Below are positions 1 through 14,500 of a stretch of DNA of 63,842 bases, piece by piece (the stretch's first letter is position 1; every line of letters starts with the position of its first letter). A program made the translations under genes and the position numbers. The DNA is from Geosiphon pyriformis uo1. Taxonomy: Eukaryota > Fungi > Glomeromycota. The notes under the pieces were generated by a model that worked only from the letters and a program-made list of their open reading frames with translations, was not told the DNA's origin and did no database searches. Where the stretch lies: NCBI GenBank assembly GCA_016748015.1, contig JAAOMT010000303.1:1-63842 (forward strand), read 5' to 3'.

Positions 1-1710
1 TTTTTTTTTAAATAATATAATAATTAAATAGCTTTTTATTATTTTAAAAGCATTTTTTTTATTTTTAGTTAAAAGTTTTTTCTTTTAAAATTTTTTTAAA
101 ATAATTTATTTAAAATAATTTTAATATAATTATTATTTCTTTTAAAAGTTTTAAAGTTTTTAATAAAAAGCCAATAACCAAGTTATTTTTTTTATTCTTT
201 TTATTATTATTGTTTAAATAATTAAAAAAGCCAAAATAACCAAAAAACAACTTTTTTAATTATCTATTATATTTAATAGCAATTTTTTTAAAATATTAAA
301 ATTTTTTTTTTGGTGTTTTTGATAGTTTTAGTGTTTTAAAATCTATTTTTTTTTTGGTTTTGGTTTTTTTTGCCTTTTTTGATTTTTTTATTAATTTTGT
401 ATTATTAATATTAATTATAATATTTAATTCTATTATGACTATAAATAGAAAAATTTTTTTGTTTTAAATAATAGCAATAAAAATATATTGGCTATTTCTA
501 ATTTTGTGTTTAATAGTACTTAAAAAATTATTATTAGTTATTAAAAATTTACAGAATAAATAGTTATTATTCTAATATTTAATTATTTTTTTTAAAATTA
601 AATTGGCTTTTATTAAGACAATATTTTAATTTATATATAGATTTATTAATGCTAAATCTAAATTTAAAGACAATATAAAACTTTTTTATATAAAATTTAC
701 TTTATAAATTAACTTTTATTAAGATTGTATTTTAGTTTATATATAGATTTATTAATGCTAAATCTAAATTTAAAGATAATATAAAAAATTTTTATATAAA
801 GTTTGCTTTATAAATTTTTTTAAATATTATATTTTAAGCTAAACTTGCTAGTTTTATTTCTTTTTTTACTCTTAAAATTGCTAAAATTTTAATAATATCT
901 AAATTTTCTTTTTTTTGCTGCTATTATTTTGTATAATGTTTTTAAATATGTTTACTGTTAATATTATAATAGTTTTTAGTATTTATAATAAAATTTTTAA
1001 AGTTTTTTTAAAGTTTGCTATTAGTTTTAAACTTTTTGTATTATTTTATATTAATAAAAGATTCTATATTAAAGTTTTTATTTTTTTGGTCTCTTTTAGC
1101 TGTTTTTAATGTTAATTTTGTGATTAAATTAAGATTGAATTTTTTAAAATCTTAAATTTTAAGTTTGGTTACTTTGGTTAAATTTATTATTAAACCAATT
1201 GGTTTATTAGTCTTTTTAATTATTATTTTGTTAAATACATTTTTAATTTTATATATAAAGCTTAAAAATTTAATTATTATTATACAAAATAAAGACTTTA
1301 TTTTTGATAGAATCTTGAATAAAGTTAATACAAAATTGGTTAAAGTTAAAATTAAAATTAACATTAAAACTGACTGTATAAATAAACTTAATAATAATTT
1401 ATACAATTTGAATAAAAATACTTATACTTAATTATTGGTTTTTTGGAAGTATTAATCAAATAGTATCAAATCAAACACAGATAAAACTGCTAAATAAATA
1501 AGTAATAATATTATTAACAGCAGTATATTAGTTGTAATAATACATAAAATGTTTTTTCAGAATAGGTTTTTTTTTAGATTCCATGTAATTTAGTTTATAC
1601 TGGATTTGTGTCTGGTTATATGTAAAAAATACATAAACTACATTTAATTTAGGCTACTTAATTTAATGTATAGTATTACATAGTGGTTGGGCTACACATT
1701 AAATAAAAAC
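1..1710 (+). mobile_element. Heavily decayed ORF1-only (half-LINE-like) retroelement, 5' part outside window
   Basis: 1441-1570 translates FWKY*SNSIKSNTDKTAK*ISNNIINSSILVVIIHKMFFQNRF, which aligns with the C-terminus of the 26814-28940 ORF (LWEHESVVVKTDLFKTAKWLVGLVSCSATLFSVIQKMSSLGKF). 148-190 matches the IKSLKVFNNRPINKLVF segment. It ends in the shared 3' tail (~1600-1710) and an A-rich end. Confidence 0.65.
600..811 (+). repeat. 106-bp tandem duplication inside decayed element
   Basis: gctaaatctaaatttaaaga occurs at 651 and 757. The units are 600-705 and 706-811. Confidence 0.85.
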
Positions 1711-1967
1711 TGAAACAATATTTTATTTACTAAAAAAACAGCTTTTTAGCACTTTAAAAATAAATTAAGCAATAATATAAAATCACAAAATCAAACTAAT
1801 TAGTTTAAAAAATCAAAAAAGTTAAAACTAAATCATGTTGTTTTATGAAAATAAAAAATTAATTGATTTCTCAACAAAATTTTTAATAATTTTAAATTTA
1901 TTGTTTTTATACAACTGTTGAATATTAACAATTACATGATTTAAATATTTTAACTTAATAAAATACA

Positions 1968-2066
1968 GGTAGCTGGTCATGTGTAGAAATGCATGAGCTG
2001 CGTTTAATATGGAACATGTATATGTTGGATGTGTTTAAATAGCACCGTCTAAGCAATAAAAAAAAT
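1968..2066 (+). mobile_element. Isolated LINE-family 3' tail (severely 5'-truncated insertion)
   Basis: gctggtcatgtgtagaaatgcatga...aagcaataaaaaaaa matches the tails at 28941-29073 and 47370-47504(-). Confidence 0.7.
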
Positions 2067-3137
2067 AACCAACTACAATTTTTTTTTATTAATAAATTTC
2101 TCCTGAATTCTTTGTTAAAAAGTTTTTATATTATAATATGTCTTTATATTTTATAATATAATTTGAATTTTTTGAAGTAAATTGTATAAATAATTTTCAA
2201 TATTATTTTTAAATTATTTCAAGTTTTATTTTATTGATGTTCATTTATACTAGCTATTCAAATGCCGAAAACTGATATTTTAGCAAAATTCCAAGAATTC
2301 TTAATGATAAAAATAGGTTCGCCTTTGAAAGGTAATTAACAATTGTAATAATCAACATATCAGAATTGAGAGGAATCAACGAAAAATACAAAAAATGAAA
2401 TTGGCAATAAAAAATTTTTACCTTCTGAAATTCATGATACATATTAGTACATCATTTAAGATTGAGGGAGAAAAGCCGAGAAGTATCATACCAAATTCCA
2501 TCGGAGCTAAATATCGAGTTGTAGTGCAACTTTTAAAATAATCTTACCTAGAAGCATTTCAAAGTTGACCTTTTGGACAAAAAAAATGATGTGATTTCAG
2601 ATTTTAAATGAAACAAGTTTAATTTTTGAAATGCTGTCTTGAAAATTGAATTTTAAAAAAATCTCCCGATGAAACTTTCCGTCTAAAGAGTATTTATGGC
2701 TTTCTAATATCTTTACATGTTTTGAAACTTGAAGCTTATAGGTTTTTTAAATTTTTTAGGCATGTAACTTGATGAATTAATAGCTTTATGGAGCTATAAA
2801 GAAACCTTTTAATTTATTGCACGGATACAGCTCTTAGTTTCTCTAAATACAACCCACAAGAGCAATATTTGGTATAAGAATTAGTTTTATCTAAATTAAA
2901 TAATGTCGTAGAAGCAAAGTAAAAATTGGAAATATGAAACTGCCCAAAAATGCGAAAATACAAATGAGAAAGAATGTACAAGAAAGTATGCTCAAGAAGT
3001 ACAATTTGTTCATACTAGTATACATTTTTTTACCATGATGTCAAGCACCAGTGGGTTCAGTTCGCTTTCCAGAAGCTTGAGGTAGCTTTTTTTATCTCTT
3101 CGTATCTTGTTGGCTCAGATTCAGGCCTTGATTAGAG

Positions 3138-4910
3138 TTAACAATGAAAAGACCGATTGGCCGGGTTTTCCGGGATCCAACCTTGCTCTACACCTAGCAT
3201 ATAATTCCATTGAGGTGCTTTTTCTGCCTTAAAGTTCCAGAATAACCACCCCACACTTGATGAAAACATAAATTAATTACTCTTCCCCTTTTCCGTAATT
3301 TCAAATCAAAGGAAATCCAGACTTACCCAGCTTCAAATGAATCCATTTGGGCCTCAACAAAATTCCTTAAGAATTTTTTGTAATCAGGTGAATAAGTCTG
3401 GTAATCGTCATCCCCTTTACATGTACAAGTTGGACAAATTGGAGGGTTTTCATTGAGTGTACCGTCGTAACGAGCTCCAGCTTTGAACCCATTCAGCCAT
3501 TTAGTGCAATCGTTTGACGCTAGTGACCTTGTTACAAAAACCGAGAAAATAAATATATGGTAAAAATTTAAGTTTGAGGTAAAATATTTAGTCCAAAACA
3601 ATGCTTACCATTCACCAATGACGGTCCATAAGTTATTGTTGGAGTTGGCAATTTCTTGCTTTTTGTTACAAATGAAATTTAACTTTTCCGATTGATTCAA
3701 TGTCAAAAGTTCATTAACAAAAACGGTATAGATATGATCATCCAACACAACCCCTTCATACTCTGGTTTTTGCATAAATCCTTGCCATTCAGAAAAGGCC
3801 AAGAACGTGTCATGAATAACAATAAGTGCCTGACTACCGATGGCGCGAATTGCTTTGTAGGTATCCAGATAAAATTTTCGAGTGACTTCAATTTGATTTC
3901 CTCCCCAACTATTGAAGAAAATATCGAGGAAGAAAGAGTTTTAGTCGCCTATAATCGTTTCAAATACTCAAAGTTTATTAAAAATTCTCTTTTACTTGAG
4001 AGGTTCGTTCAATATATTAATGGCGGTGACAGTGTCTTGGTAAGGGAGCAATCTTTTAGTCATCGTTTGAAGAACTCTTATCGTTCTTGGGACATTATCA
4101 GGTGAACCAGTTTGCCATAAAACTTGGCCTCTCCTCCCGCTATTATCAAATCCATTCTATGGTTTCAAAATAAAATATAATGGTGTGAAAGAGTAGAAAT
4201 TTGAAAAGATAAATCAGAATACCAAATTTAAAATAATTCCCTACTTGAGAGCCGGGAGCACCGTGTAAATCGACTATTACTTTTAGTTTATAAGTTTGAG
4301 CCCAGATAATAGCTTTTAGCAAGTATTGAAATGCTCCATCAACAAAAGGTTCACCAGGTTGAATATCAAAAGCCCAATAGCCGATTGGTATACGAACATG
4401 ATTGATGCCGTAAGAAGCTAACTGTTGAATATCTTTCTTTGTTACCCAGGTATTCCAATGTTTTTTTAGTTGCCGTTGAGCTTCTTCGCGGCCTAGAACT
4501 TCCGTGAAGGTCCATTCATCGACCGCTGGTGTCGTAGTGTTCAAAAATTGGTCAAACAAACTCGGTGTAATCCCTATTAAAAAATTGAATTGAAAAAATT
4601 ATGCAGAATTCAATAATATCTTAATTGAACAATAGAAACTTACATGGCTCAAGAACAAGCCTTTATCAAAGAAAAGATTTGTCAAGATAATATGTCAAAA
4701 AGAGTTTAAATTGGAATTGAAAATTAACCCAGAAAAAAACGCGTAAAACAAAGAATCTCTAATTTACCATCCTCCCAAATTAACACCGCGAATTTTTTCC
4801 ACGCCATATCCAAAACTCGCATTGATATTTGGAAGAAGAAATGTTAAAGAGATAACCAGAAGAGGTAGGGAAACAATTAGTTTTAGTCGTCGTGCTATAT
4901 TCTTGATCAT
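3138..4910 (-). CDS. Secreted glycoside hydrolase family 5 exo-beta-1,3-glucanase (EXG1-like), 7 exons
   Basis: ATG at 4910 with a hydrophobic signal peptide. Spliced motifs: [46 protein letters not shown], NEP (acid/base), GEW (nucleophile), GWLFWNFK. Stop TAA at 3140-3138. Introns are GT-AG, and there is a 17-nt exon at 4644-4660. Confidence 0.95.
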
Positions 4911-7284
4911 GTTTCCAAGTGGATATTGAGAGTGGGATCGTAGAAGAGAAATTTGTGATTATGAAACGCGGAAACGTTAAAATAATAAAATTTTAACAGG
5001 AAGACAAATAAGCTAATTTATCTATGAAACGAGCTTTTGTTTTTATGAAAGAACCTTTCAAATTCAGATAAAATACTTTGTTATTAAAACCTACTTAGGT
5101 GTCCACCACTTGTCAATTTATAAGAAAATTCAAGGCTCTTACCGTCAGATAAATTTATTTTTCGAAGAAATATTCTAGTTCTGGATCGCCTATGTATCTT
5201 CCAATTTGTCATTAAAAAATAAATTTGATAATCTTTCCTATCTCTGATGGTCTTTATCATTTTAGTAAAAATCTGAGAATAAATAATCTAATCTTAGAGT
5301 TAAGCTTAACTTTTAAAGGAAGATTTTAAATTTGTAAATGTAATTGCTAAAACCAGATAGTTTTTGATTACCTTCCATGGTTTTTGGAAAAACAATCAAA
5401 AGCGCAACTTCTTAATAAGGAAAACGTTTTATCTTTCAGTACCTGATTGGGAATAATTGAAACAAATCACCTTAATCATATTTTGGCTTCAGACTGTTTG
5501 TAGCTCGAAGCCAACTATCTTAAGCAAAATATACTTTGAGATAAAATTTTTAATTCACTTAACAAAAACATATTGTTTATTCTTTAAAGATAATGGTATG
5601 ACAGCATTTCCGCAATCAAATCAATATTGATAAAGTCAATCATTATCTCTTATCTAGAAGATCAAACAATAGTAGCAATAATATATTATTAACAAATAAT
5701 ATATTAAACATAATCTTTTAGACTATCTTAACAATTGTAACAATTTTAACAACAATCAACAACCACGTAATAGACAAAAAATAAAAACTAAAAAACATTA
5801 ATATTAGTTAAAATTAAAGATTAATAATAATAATTTATTAACTAATATTCAATTTTACAAGTTCTAAATATGTAAATTGACCAAATAATTTAAGAATACA
5901 ACAAACCCTATTTTCAAATCAACAAAACTATTTAAGTTTTCAGAAAACTTAAGATTTTAAGAATGTTGTATCTTTAAAAAAAAGCTGCAATTAACATAAT
6001 TTATTTTTTACAATTTTTTATCAATACAATTATATTAGTTATTATAATAAAAAATAATATCTTAATTATAATATATTATTTTAAGTTAAATAAAACTAAA
6101 TTGATAATATTATTTTTTAATAGAACAATATTAAATTCAAAAAAACAAATTATTAAATATATACAAAAACCAAAATTAATAATTAAAATATTAAATAAAC
6201 AATATTATCATAAAACAACTTATAAATTAATTAAATTATTAAGTTAATAAAATTATAAATGCTTATATTATAATTAATAGCAAATTTATTAAAATATTAA
6301 TTGGTAAAATAAACAACTTTGGTTTTAAAATAAATAAAATAATTATTTTAGTTAAAATATTAATTATAAAAATTACACAATATTATAATAAATTAAAATA
6401 ATAAGTTAACAAATAATAATAAAAAAACTATTAAAAATAATTAAAATAAATTAAAATTAAAAATTTAATATATATATTAATTTTATAAAATTATAATTGC
6501 TAATTTTTTCTTAAAATTTAAAAATAAAAAAATAATTTATTATTGTTAATAAGATAATATTATTACCAATTTTTAAAATTAAAATAAATATTATTGTTGA
6601 TTATATATAAAAAATACATAAATTGTATCTAGTTTAAAATACTTAATTATTGTATTATATTATATAACAATTGGGTTTTATTTATTAAATATTATTGTGA
6701 TTTTTAATTATGTTTTTATTTAATAAATTATAAAACAACCAAATAGTTTTTTAGACTTATTTTAATAAAAAAATTAAGAAAAATAAAATATATAAATATT
6801 AATAAATAATATTTTATTCACAAATTTTTAAGTATTTGAAAATAAAAAATTGAAAAAAATTAATAAATAATATTAAATATATTTTTATTGTATTTGCTAT
6901 ATAGACTGTATGTTTTTTATAATTAAAAACTTATTATTTATATATTTACTAAAAATATTAAGAATTAAATTAATAATTAGATTATTAATCAAATTTATTT
7001 AAATAAAATAACTAATTATATAATATTAGGTGACTAATATATATGTTAATTAATAAAAATTATAATTTTTAATTATATTAATATTAAGTTTTTTTTAATA
7101 ATAAAAATTCAAATTATTTTTAATAATTAACATATTTAAATTTTTATTATTTGTAGTTATTTTAAAACAATATTAAATATATATTAATTATTAATTAAAT
7201 TTAAAAAATATTAATATTAAATTACAAAAATATATTTTTAATTTTATTTTAACTAAAATATAAAATTTTATAATTTTACAAATA

Positions 7285-7890
7285 CAGAGGGTGTCCAAAA
7301 GTTTCCGAACAAACTTTGGAGTAACATTCCACATGCTTGAATAATTAGAAAAGCACGAGTTTATTACTAATTAAGTTAGTTAATTATTTAATTACGCGTT
7401 TTTTATTTTTTAAACACGCGTGTATAATGTTTTTTCGCGACGCGCATAATCGATTTTATTCATACTCGTTTTTTTATAAAAATGAAATGTAACGCGCATA
7501 TAAGATTTTTTCGTCGTTTTTATTAAAACGAAATGGGAGCAAAAAAAGAATTAACGATTGCTCAACGTAATACTATATGCTTATTACAACAGCATGGCAA
7601 GAAATATCGTGATATTGNNNNNNNNNNNNNNNNNNNNCTTGACAACAGTTTCGGATACAATAAAACGATTTAAAGAAACTGGTTCAATTGATTCAAGACC
7701 TCGTTCAGGACGTCCACGTTTATTTACTCACCAAAAATATCGCCGACTTAAACGTTTAGTAACACTTAATGGAAAAATTTAGAAAATTACTATAAAATTA
7801 TAAATATGTTGTTTATTTTGTTTTATTTTATAAAAAAATAAATATTATTGTTAAATAAAATCTTGTTCGGAAACTTTTGGACACTCTCTG
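7285..7890 (+). mobile_element. Internally deleted Tc1/mariner DNA transposon
   Basis: 28-bp TIRs: CAGAGGGTGTCCAAAAGTTTCCGAACAA (7285-7312) and TTGTTCGGAAACTTTTGGACACTCTCTG (7863-7890), one mismatch. TA target duplication at 7283-84 and 7891-92. The element contains an assembly gap, so its true length is uncertain. Confidence 0.92.
7533..7782 (+). pseudogene. Tc1 transposase N-terminal DNA-binding fragment
   Basis: MGAKKELTIAQRNTICLLQQHGKKYRDI-(N gap)-LTTVSDTIKRFKETGSIDSRPRSGRPRLFT is a paired-like HTH plus the GRPR motif. No DDE domain is present. Confidence 0.85.
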
Positions 7891-8554
7891 TATATAGCTA
7901 ATTATTTATATTAATCAAAATTAAATTAAGTTAAAATTACAGAAATAAACTTATTTACAGCAATTATTTTGTGTATAAAAAAATTAAAATATCATTATTT
8001 TAGCTATTTTACTTATCTATTTAATAGTATTATCTGTATTAAAATTAATTTTAAAAGTTTAAAGCTTTTAAAAATTATAATTTAAATAAAAATCTTTTTA
8101 TTAATTATATTATTAAAAATATTTATATCTTTATTATTAATAATTATATTTTTTTATATAAGTAATATATTTTATTTTTAAAAACAGTAATCTGTTTTTT
8201 AATTATAATGTAATTATCTTTTAATTTAGTATACAAAACAAAAAAAGCATTAAACAACTTAATTACTAAAACAATTAAAATATTTTTTAAGTTTAATAAT
8301 AAATTTAATTAGCAATATTAATACAACTAATTTAGATTTTAAAGAAACTAATCTATAATTATTTAAAATTTATATTAATAGCAATAATAAAAACAATTAA
8401 AGATATTATAAAAAAAAACCAACAAAACAATAATTTTAATATAAAATTTAATATTAATAAAACAAGATTTAAAAATTTTAAAATTAATTATAAATTCAAA
8501 CAAAAATTTAAATAAAACAAAAAATATATTTTATAATCTAAAATTAAGTAATTT

Positions 8555-11500
8555 TTATTATTATTATTATTTAATAAGTGCAATTCAATTGTTATTTAAT
8601 ATACAAAATTAAACCAAATAATTTTAACTAAATACAACTTATATGCTTATTATATATGATTAATTATTTAAGCTAATCTAGATTACACTATATATTTATA
8701 TGCACAATCAGATTACAATTAATACCAAAAAAAAAAGCACAAAACAACATTTACCAAAACTTATTACCATCAATTTAATAATACTAAATATATAAATTAC
8801 TTTATCTAACAAACTTATATACAGTCTACCAACTACCTTAAGCATTACATTATCATTACTTATTAACTTATTTTTTTCTGTCTTTGACTTGAGCTTGATT
8901 CTAGCAGATCATATTTTTTGTTAATAGAAATTAACCAATTAACAAAAAAAATTTATTAGTACAGAAATCACTTTCTTCATATTATTATATATTGCCAAAA
9001 CATTTTTAAGCCAATCTTTTATAACAAAACTTTTGTAAAACACTATGTATAAACCAATATTAAAAAGACAAGAAAAGAGAGATTACAATACAAAAAAAAA
9101 TACAAATGTTTTTTTACTAGTTAGTAATAACCCAAAAATTAACATAATTTATAATTAATTTTTTCTATTAGTTTATATCTTCTAAACATATAAATAAATA
9201 ATCCAAAAACTTTATTTTTTTACAAAATAAACAAAAAACACTTGAATATAACTTATTATACAATTTTTTATAAACAATTACTAAGAGCCTTCTATAAATA
9301 GTTTTTATTATATATGTTCTAAAATTGGCTAAAGTTTTGTTAATAAAACTAACAAACATATAAAAATTAAAATGTCAAACCAAAACTATTTGAATTTAAT
9401 TTATATTACAAATAAAAAAGTTAATAACAATTTTTATACCAAGATCTGTTTTTTAATACATATTAACAATTGTTTTATAAATATCTTAAACAAAATAATG
9501 TGTATTATCAAATATAGCCTAATTATTAACCATCAAATATTATTCCAAAATTTCAACTGGAAGAAAAAAAAAATAGATGTTATCTTTGACCAGTTTATTA
9601 AGATAATTATTACCAAAAGCACTTGAATAATTCTTAATCTTTGACCAGACTATTTTTAAATTCTTGTTTTTTATTAAATTTAAAATATAACATTTTTTTA
9701 TCCAATATCAGTTGTAAAAGTCTGATCTAAACAAACTGAGTTCTAAAACATATGCATTAATAGTTATTTAACTATTCAAATACAAGACTATTATATTAAA
9801 AAAAAGCACTATTACTTAATAAAAATTAACAAAAATCAAAAATAATAATATTAACCAATTATTAAATAATAATAAATAACACAGATTAACAAATAAAATT
9901 AAAAAATATGATGTATATATGATAGCATACAAAATATGCACAAATATGCCCAATTTAATATAATTATAAACAAGTAAGCCAAGAGACACTTATGGTTAAA
10001 TAGAAAGTTTAATAGCATAGCAATTATTTATTAATTAGTTAAAATAGACACAATTATATATAACTCAAAATATGTATATATATAATAGCTTTCTAACTAA
10101 AAAAAAGACAGACAAAAAAAGAATAATAAAAAACAAATAAAAATCAATTAAATAAAACAAATAAAAAAAAAGTAAAAAAATTAAATTATAAATTTAAAAA
10201 AAGCTAAAAAGTATGTTCTTTAAGTTTTGTCTTATAATATTTACTAATACTAAGATCAATGGAATTGAAAATCTTTTTTTTTATAATTTGGTCTTTTATA
10301 AATGATCCAAAAAGCCACTATCTTCTTCTACTATTGTTTTTTTATTAATAAAAACAACAATAAAAACATTTAATATATCAACAAAAACATAAATAAGATT
10401 CAAGCTTAACAAAATTAAAAACACATTAAAAAGATATTAACTACATAAAATTACCTAAAAACCATTTATAATAATATTTTAGCCAAAATTTATAATCAAC
10501 TTAAAAATCCAAAACAAGTTTTTTATATTTTTGAAAAATAATCTCTGATTAAGATTATTTTACAAATACTAATTTTGTTGAATTCTATTTTTTATTTTTA
10601 ATCCTCTTTGAATTTATTAAAAATAGAGTACTGTTTTATTACAAGTAAAAAAAATACAGATATTTGGTATTAGTATAAGATAAAAAGAGTATTTTTATAA
10701 AAGTCTTAAGAAAAAACACAATTAAAAGTGTAGAAATATGACAAGAATTCTTCTTAAAAAACTAGTATAATAGTAACTATTAACAATGATTTTAATAGAA
10801 ACTTTATGTTATATACCAAATTTAATAACAAAAACACTTACCAGAAAAAATTATTTAATATTTGTTAAAAATTTAAAAAAAACATATCAAGCCAATTCTC
10901 AAATTCTTAAATAAAATAATAATAATAATCTATTAAATAAAAATTCAACATAAATTAAAATCAACACTAATTAAGACTAATATACTTATTCTCACATTAA
11001 AATTAAATAATTTTTTATATTATTACTTAATCTAAAAAGCTATAAAAATTAATTATAATACAATTACTAAAAGAAAATAACTTATAATAGCACATATTTT
11101 AAAGTTAAAACAATAGCTTATAGCTTAATTATTATAGAGAACACCAAACCAAACACTCTAATATCAATATCTATATTTATATTTGAAAAGTAGACAGTCA
11201 TCTCTTTAGCTATTTTTAACTTGTCTAAATTTTTTAGCAAGCTATTGGTATACAAATCAAAAGTATTAGTCCAAATCCCATGCAAAAAATCTCTGATTAA
11301 ACCAAAATCATCTAAATTTAAGACATTATAAAACACTAAGCCCAAGTTTTTTGTTACATCTTTAACAACAACTCTTAGTTTACCCAAAAAACCAGATACT
11401 ATAATAAACTAAGATAAAACAAGACTCTTTAAATCTAACCTTTTCTAATGACAAAACATCTTTCAAAAAATCAACACACCATGTTTGTTTAAAAGCCTGT

Positions 11501-14500
11501 TATTAAAAACAACACCAAAATATCTCAAAAAAACTATTGTCTTATAGTAAATTGTCTTCTCCAAGATATTAGACATGAAAAATCTGTCTAAATTGCAAAA
11601 AATTTATAGTAAGTTGTTTGTTAATGAAATTTTATTATCCAAAAAAACTTTTATTATTTTGACAAAAAAATTGTTTACAGAACTAATTTTTAATCTAGCA
11701 GGATATTATAAAAAATTAACCAAAGCCCAATTTAAAACTTGTAAATCCAAAAACCAATAATTAAAAAAACAGCTGAAAACTTATTTAGAATTAGCAAACA
11801 AAATAATTGAGACCACTTTATTTTTAATCTATAACTATTCAAAAAACTTCAAATTATATAACAGCAAATGATACAAAGCTTTATTGAAAAAATCTTTAAG
11901 TAACTTAACTTTTAATCTTAAATCTTTTCTAATTAATGCATCTTATTTGTGGTAAACATTAATTAAAATAAAACTAAACTGCATATAATAATTAATAATA
12001 GACTATAAAACAGCAAAAACCAAGTAACAAAACTGTTTATCTAAATTGTCTTTTTCAAAACCATATTTGCAAAATATTTAACATTCAAATAAATCTTATT
12101 CAAACTAAACTTAGAAAAATTTTTAAGTAATAGTGTAACTTGTCTTTTTTACAATCAATATAAAACATCTATTAATATATATTAAAGCATTTTTTACTTT
12201 CCAATTGATGAAAATAACTACTGTTTTATTATTATTAATTAAGATATTCTTAATTTTAAAAAACTCACTAACAATATTCAAAATATACTAAATTAAAATT
12301 TGACCATTTTCTACTTAAATAGTGTTATTAATAAAAGCTTTAGCTACAAAAAATGAAGTTTTTTTCTTTGTGTTCTTTATTCTGTTTGTTTTGACTACAA
12401 ATTTTGTATTAACTTAATAACTACACAAATTTTCATGTTTCTTGACCTTATGTAAAAGAAAATCATAAAAAATTTTTTAAAGAAAAAGTAAAAAGACTTT
12501 ACTTTAGTCCAATCTATAATGCATATAATAATCTCTTAAAAGCCCAAAATCAGTTATAACTCTGTTAATTCTGTCTTAATATATGCTGCCAAAGAAATTA
12601 ATAAACTGTTTACATATTTTAATACATCTTAAATTGACTTTAAATAATATTAATTGACTGAGTTATATGCTTTATATATATCTTGTAAAACTAATTACAA
12701 CTTTTTAATTTTTTCAAAGCATCTATAATAATTAAGCCAATTACAAATACTGGAAACCAAATCAATATTCTCTTTAATACTAAAAAATTATTTTTACAAA
12801 AAGCACCAGATTTGTTGTATGCTAAAGAAATTCAGTTTAAAAAGATCTTTAACAAAATTTTTCTGGCTGTTTTTATTAAAACTATTAGCTTAGTATTAGT
12901 TAGCATACTATCTTATTTATAAGACTTTAAAATTATAGAAACTTATACTTTTTTTTATAAAATAGAAATCATATTAACATTTAAACAATAATTCAACAGA
13001 ATCAAGAGACAATTTATAACTTTAGAACTATAGTGCTTTTACAATTTATTTAAAATACCAGATAAATTAATGGCCTTGTTATTAAGTAAATTCTTTATAG
13101 TTTAAGTTAATTTTTCTAAGCTAAATTGTTCTATAACTTCAGAAAATAGTCTATTATTAACATAATTCAAAAACATATACTACCAAGATCAAAAGTCTGA
13201 CATTACTTTAAACACAATTTTCTTTTTTGTTTAATCTTTCATTATTTTATTTACTTTGTTTTTTACCATCTTAAGTTTCAAAATTAAATCTTTGCCAAAC
13301 AATTTATAAAAAAGCTTTTCAAAAACACTTTTAATTATGAAACTTTTGTTTGTATAAAAGTCTTCCATTTTTTATTAATTGTATTTTTAATTATAATTAT
13401 CTTTACAGCTTTAGATTTCTAATATTTAGACACCCAATATTTTTTTTGACTTTTAACAAATAAAAAAGAACTTTTTTATTTTTTGTTCTACTTTTAATTA
13501 GAAAAGACAACTCAATAAAAACACCAGTATTTAAACTTAACCAAATTTGTCTAAAACAATTAAATTTAATAGTATTTCCCAAAAAAAAAGTCTTAACAAT
13601 CTTTGAAACTAAAATCTTTAATCTGTAAAACCTAAAAAACTGCTTATTTCTAAAATTACCAAAATTCTTAAACCAATTTCTGAGAAAGACTTTATTTGTT
13701 AACTTAACTATTATCATCTTTAGAAAATTCTATATTATATTCAAATTATCTTGTTTTTTTGTATCTTAAAACTTATTAAGCATACAAAACATTTTCTTTA
13801 ATGAATATTTTTTAAATTGAATCTACTTTGAACTATCTATATTCTTAAAGTTAAATTTTTATTAATTTTTATTAACATGCTTCTGAACTGTATTTAAATA
13901 TTTATTCAGAAAACTATTCAAGTTAAAAAAAACTACAACAGCCAAATAATTAGTATTAAAAAAATCAAAAGCATTATTAACTCTTTGTTTAAATACAGCT
14001 GTTAAAAAATGTTTACTAACAAAAATAAAATCAATAATCTTTTTTACACCTCTTAAATTGCTCTATGTTAAAAAATTAGTAATTGAATTACCTGATAAAA
14101 AATTATGCAAATTTAAATTAAAGCATTTTTTGAAATTCATATTATGTTTCACACTATTTTTATTGAAATTACTCTCTAATATTACATAAAAACTTGAATT
14201 AACTATCTTGGCAATGCAAAAGTTTACATTAAAAATCTGATTAAATCATATACCAATTAAAGCTTCAGCATAAAGACCTAAAATTATGACCAAAAGTTTC
14301 TTGCTAAATAACAAATAAATTGAGAAAAAATAACCTGAAACCTTAGAAACTTTATACACATGTTAAGCAAAAATATTATTTATTATTATTGCTACCTTTA
14401 AATTTAAATAACCAGAATTCAAACTAGAAACAAACATCTTTAAATCCAGAAACTTGTTTTTAATCTAAGATTCAGCCTGTTTTTTTAACTTAGTCTTAAT

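Larger units (their letters stand above)
5640..8554 (+). mobile_element. Very old, AT-eroded Ty3/Gypsy-like pol relic (host of the Tc1 insertion)
   Basis: CpG and GC are lost abruptly after ~5640. There is a faint resemblance to the spacer and RT N-terminus of the 14920 element. The relic is cut at ~8555 by a LINE tail. The assignment is weak. Confidence 0.3.

Noticed and set aside
915-1431. Short I/K/F/L/N-rich ORFs here and throughout the AT-rich block
   Set aside because: They are eroded TE frames or chance ORFs in AT-rich DNA, not host genes.
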